Shown piece after piece: positions 60,997 through 64,000 of a stretch of DNA of 64,000 bases (positions are counted from its first letter, which is position 1; each line of letters starts with the position of its first letter). The notes beneath the pieces were generated by a model. That model saw only the letters and a program-made list of their open reading frames with translations. It was not told where the DNA came from and did not search any database. This DNA comes from Nemertoderma westbladi (lineage: Eukaryota; Animalia; Xenacoelomorpha): the NCBI GenBank assembly GCA_032718475.1, contig JAUCBJ010001139.1, forward strand, positions 1 through 64,000, given 5' to 3'. The translations under genes were made by a program, and so were the position numbers.

Positions 60997-62685
60997 TTAA
61001 TTAGAACTTTCACTTTGAATATCTGGCGACAGTTTGTTGCGCAATGCGCGAACCAGCCCACCGGAACCACTGCTGGTTATACCACGACCCACTTGATCAG
61101 AACTTTCACTTTGAATATCGGGCGACTCAAATTTGCTGCGAATTAAACGCACCCACCCACCGGAACCACTGCTGGGGATACTACCACCCATTTGATCAGA
61201 ACTTTCACTTTGAATGTCGGGCGACACTTTGTTGCGCAATGCGCGAACCAGCCCACCGGAACCACTGCTGGTTATACCACGACCCACATGATCTGAACTT
61301 TCACTTTGAATGTCGGGCGACTCCAATTTGTTGCGCACCTGTTCGCCACTGTTGGGGATATGGTTCTGGAATTCTGCATATCGCTGGGGCACTACTTTTT
61401 CTAAATCAGTTAGTTTTTGGGTAAAATCTTGTAGATTATCAAGTGATTGTAGCATCGCAATGCAGCCCGATTCCTTCCAGGCAGTTTCCACTATTTTCGT
61501 GATGTGGTTTTGAAAAATGTCGTACAATACCCGATTTATGTCAGACTGCTGAAATTCTTTAGAGCTACTCTTCTCCACATAATCTCTAAAGCACCCAAGG
61601 ACAATGTCACAGACCATTTTACGATATCGCTTGTCGTCTAAATATTTTCCAAGGGGAAGTTCACTTTTCTCAAATAAGTTGATGATAAACTTTCTTTGTA
61701 TTCTTTTTGAAATAAGTTCAGGCCTTGCATGCAAGTCCTTAACTGAAATATATTTTTCGGGCCCGCGCAATTCATTCCAATTATTTTCTTGATGACCGAA
61801 GCAATGTATTTCGATCCAGCTAATTGCAGCCCTAAGTAGATTGGGAACCGAGCTGATCTGTGGATCTGTGTGCATCTTGTCCAACTTATACAGGTTGACC
61901 TCTGAAGAAATGTTCTTCCTCGATTCGTAGTCAATGCCTTCCCCCCTATTCAGCAGCACAGTAGTACTTGTATCTGAGTGGGATTGGGATTCATATTTAC
62001 TTATTAATGACATAACGTTTTCTTCCCTCCTTTTAAAGAATTTCCACTGAAGTATGCTGTGACGATCAAAAATCGAGGTAACGGTATTGGCATCAGCTTT
62101 GTTACGAAAATATAATACAACTTCTACGTTGTATGTAAGTCTGTCTTTAACGAATACTTTCACCTTGTTGTGATGTTCGCCTATCTGTTGATAACCCATT
62201 CCTCCAAATACGATGTAAGTATTCATGTCATCCCCATCTGGGGATAACAAATACAAATTGAATTTCTTACCATACAATTCAACCCTAGTATAGAAATATC
62301 CATGTTTTTTCATTGTACCGATATCTTTTTTAACAAATATGGTGAGTTTCACGACGCACTCAAATTCGGCCTGTTTCTCATTCGGATACTTTATCCTTAT
62401 TCTCAACAAATGATTATCCAACAGGTCCTTTTTCTCAATATCTGTTATCCAATAACTGGCTAGTCTAAAAATGGGGTCGGAGTAGGGGAATGTGTAAATT
62501 CCGCTATGAAGGAACTCTTCCAGAGTTTTCCAACTTCCAATATTATTATATTCGAATTGTTCGGTATTTGGGCCCAATATCCTAGGCAGGCGGTTGGGGT
62601 CGGCCAAATCTTCCCAATTGTCTCGAATCATTGCTTCTGATAGTGGACGTTTCCATGGATTCTCGAAACACCACTTGCGCAACAT
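60997..62685 (-). CDS. Intronless 562-aa protein of unknown function; possible PH-like and degenerate RhoGAP-like segments; C-terminal 33-aa repeats
   Basis: Uninterrupted 1.7-kb ORF with ATG in AT-rich context. Beta-rich stretch ending VVLYFRNKADANTVTSIF; VPNLLRAAISWIEIHC and VCDIVLGCFRDY resemble RhoGAP helices. Confidence 0.75.
   Translation of the reverse strand: MLRKWCFENPWKRPLSEAMIRDNWEDLADPNRLPRILGPNTEQFEYNNIGSWKTLEEFLHSGIYTFPYSDPIFRLASYWITDIEKKDLLDNHLLRIRIKYPNEKQAEFECVVKLTIFVKKDIGTMKKHGYFYTRVELYGKKFNLYLLSPDGDDMNTYIVFGGMGYQQIGEHHNKVKVFVKDRLTYNVEVVLYFRNKADANTVTSIFDRHSILQWKFFKRREENVMSLISKYESQSHSDTSTTVLLNRGEGIDYESRKNISSEVNLYKLDKMHTDPQISSVPNLLRAAISWIEIHCFGHQENNWNELRGPEKYISVKDLHARPELISKRIQRKFIINLFEKSELPLGKYLDDKRYRKMVCDIVLGCFRDYVEKSSSKEFQQSDINRVLYDIFQNHITKIVETAWKESGCIAMLQSLDNLQDFTQKLTDLEKVVPQRYAEFQNHIPNSGEQVRNKLESPDIQSESSDHVGRGITSSGSGGLVRALRNKVSPDIQSESSDQMGGSIPSSGSGGWVRLIRSKFESPDIQSESSDQVGRGITSSGSGGLVRALRNKLSPDIQSESSN
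61000..61335 (-). repeat. Coding 99-bp tandem repeat (SPDIQSESSDQVGRGITSSGSGGLVRALRNK-like), about 3.4 copies
   Basis: GAACTTTCACTTTGAAT recurs at about 61004, 61100, 61199 and 61296. Confidence 0.9.
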
Positions 62686-64000
62686 TATTTATTTTGTACA
62701 AGCTGCGTTATGATTGATACCACACATACGAAGCCAAAAAATACTTAAATGTTATCTGAAACTGTTATATGATAAATAAATAAGTTGACTTGAACAGATA
62801 AGTTATATTCATTTTCTATTTATTTAAAATTGGTTATTTTTATATTATATTTAAGAATCAGAAGATTGTTACGGATTCTAGAAATACATTGAATTTTTGC
62901 ATAACTTAGATATCAACGAAAGCACGATTTCCTAGTTAGTTCCTGAAAGTCAGTACCTTATCTTAGATGTTGTTGGACGAGCCACGAAAGTACACCGTGT
63001 CCTGGAATATTGTAGTAATTCAGTGACACGGAACGTCATTATGCGTCGGGGTGGCTGGAATAAACGTGGTGGGTGGAAAATTTAGGCCTACTTACTTAAC
63101 ATACAGTAAAGACGTACAGGTACAGTAGTATCAACGGCTACCGGTGCTATACTCGGTACACGGTTTTTTATTTCTTTCACTTTCAACTCTCAATTATTAA
63201 GATAAAAAACGTTTATTTACTCATAGTAATAAATGTACTAAATTTTTTAGAAAAAATAATACTGTAGTCGGGGTGTCTGGAATAAGAGAATTGTGGGTGG
63301 ATTTTTTTTCAAAAATTAATAGCCGTGTCGCCCCGTCTATTCGTGACTCCAGAGTGCGTCCTCTTTAGAGGGTGAGCCATAATGTTTATTTTCGCTTTCA
63401 TTCTTCAGAGCTCCAATGCTTTAAATTAGGCGTCTCCCGTCTGCCCGTCGATATTGCTCCAGTCATACAGCAGTTATTAAATAACCGGTATTAATGAAAA
63501 AATGTAATTGTTAGGAGTAAAATAATGAAATTCGTCGGCAAAAAGTCAAACTATAGTATAGTAAGTAAAAAATATGTGAAAAAACAGATATTTAAGTATG
63601 CCGAAGTCAAGTTAACTAGTCATATAATTTTAGCAGTGTGCTCCTTTCAAACGCGGTTTGAAGCTACTTGTAGAAAAAACTATTCTATTTGTATTTATAA
63701 ACGAGCAGTTCACTATGCCAATGATCTCAAAAACCAAATATTACATAAGCATGTCGAAGATACGATAGTTTGCTGAAACGGCATTTGAATAGAAATACCG
63801 ATCATCACTTTCAGACATCTCGCTTTCCAATTCCCTTCTGATCACTGGAAAGATCATCAAAATCTTATAATGCAAAATAATTACTTAAATATTGCACAAT
63901 GACATCATCACTACAATGGTAATAAGTAGTACTGATTCCAATGTTATGTAAGTCAATAATGCGATCAATAGTAAGTAATTCATCTATCACACTATTCCGC

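Noticed and set aside
62990-63357. Possible Tc1/pogo-type MITE
   Set aside because: Internal repeats (GGGGTG.CTGGAATAA) suggest a MITE, but the two ends match poorly and no clean TSD could be read.

Overview
Eukaryotic (most likely invertebrate animal) genomic DNA, AT-rich and dominated by transposable elements; there is no bacterial operon or CRISPR array. In order: (1) 3' part of an L2/CR1-group LINE (1-2397). (2) A BEL/Pao LTR retroelement with gag and protease but an in-frame loss of RT and most of RNase H (about 4.3-9.1 kb, possible 3' region to about 14 kb). (3) A five-level nest of DNA transposons (14838-29638) containing a disrupted Sola2-like transposase and a hAT-type element with a 7-bp TSD. 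(4) A second nest (32199-39957) holding a CR1 fragment and a 62-bp satellite. (5) A gene-containing zone with an intronless Cordon-bleu-like ORF, a divergent intronless PA28-like ORF, the last three exons of a PQLC1/SLC66A2-like gene, and an intronless orphan ORF with possible PH and RhoGAP-like segments. The most notable observations are four non-coding TIR elements from three TIR families that all start with CAGT and make 5-bp TSDs, recurrent short palindromic insertions at TA sites (TAGGCCTA, TACCGGTA) seen by comparing element copies, and the divergent intronless genes. All family assignments come from motif recognition by eye; no database search was run.
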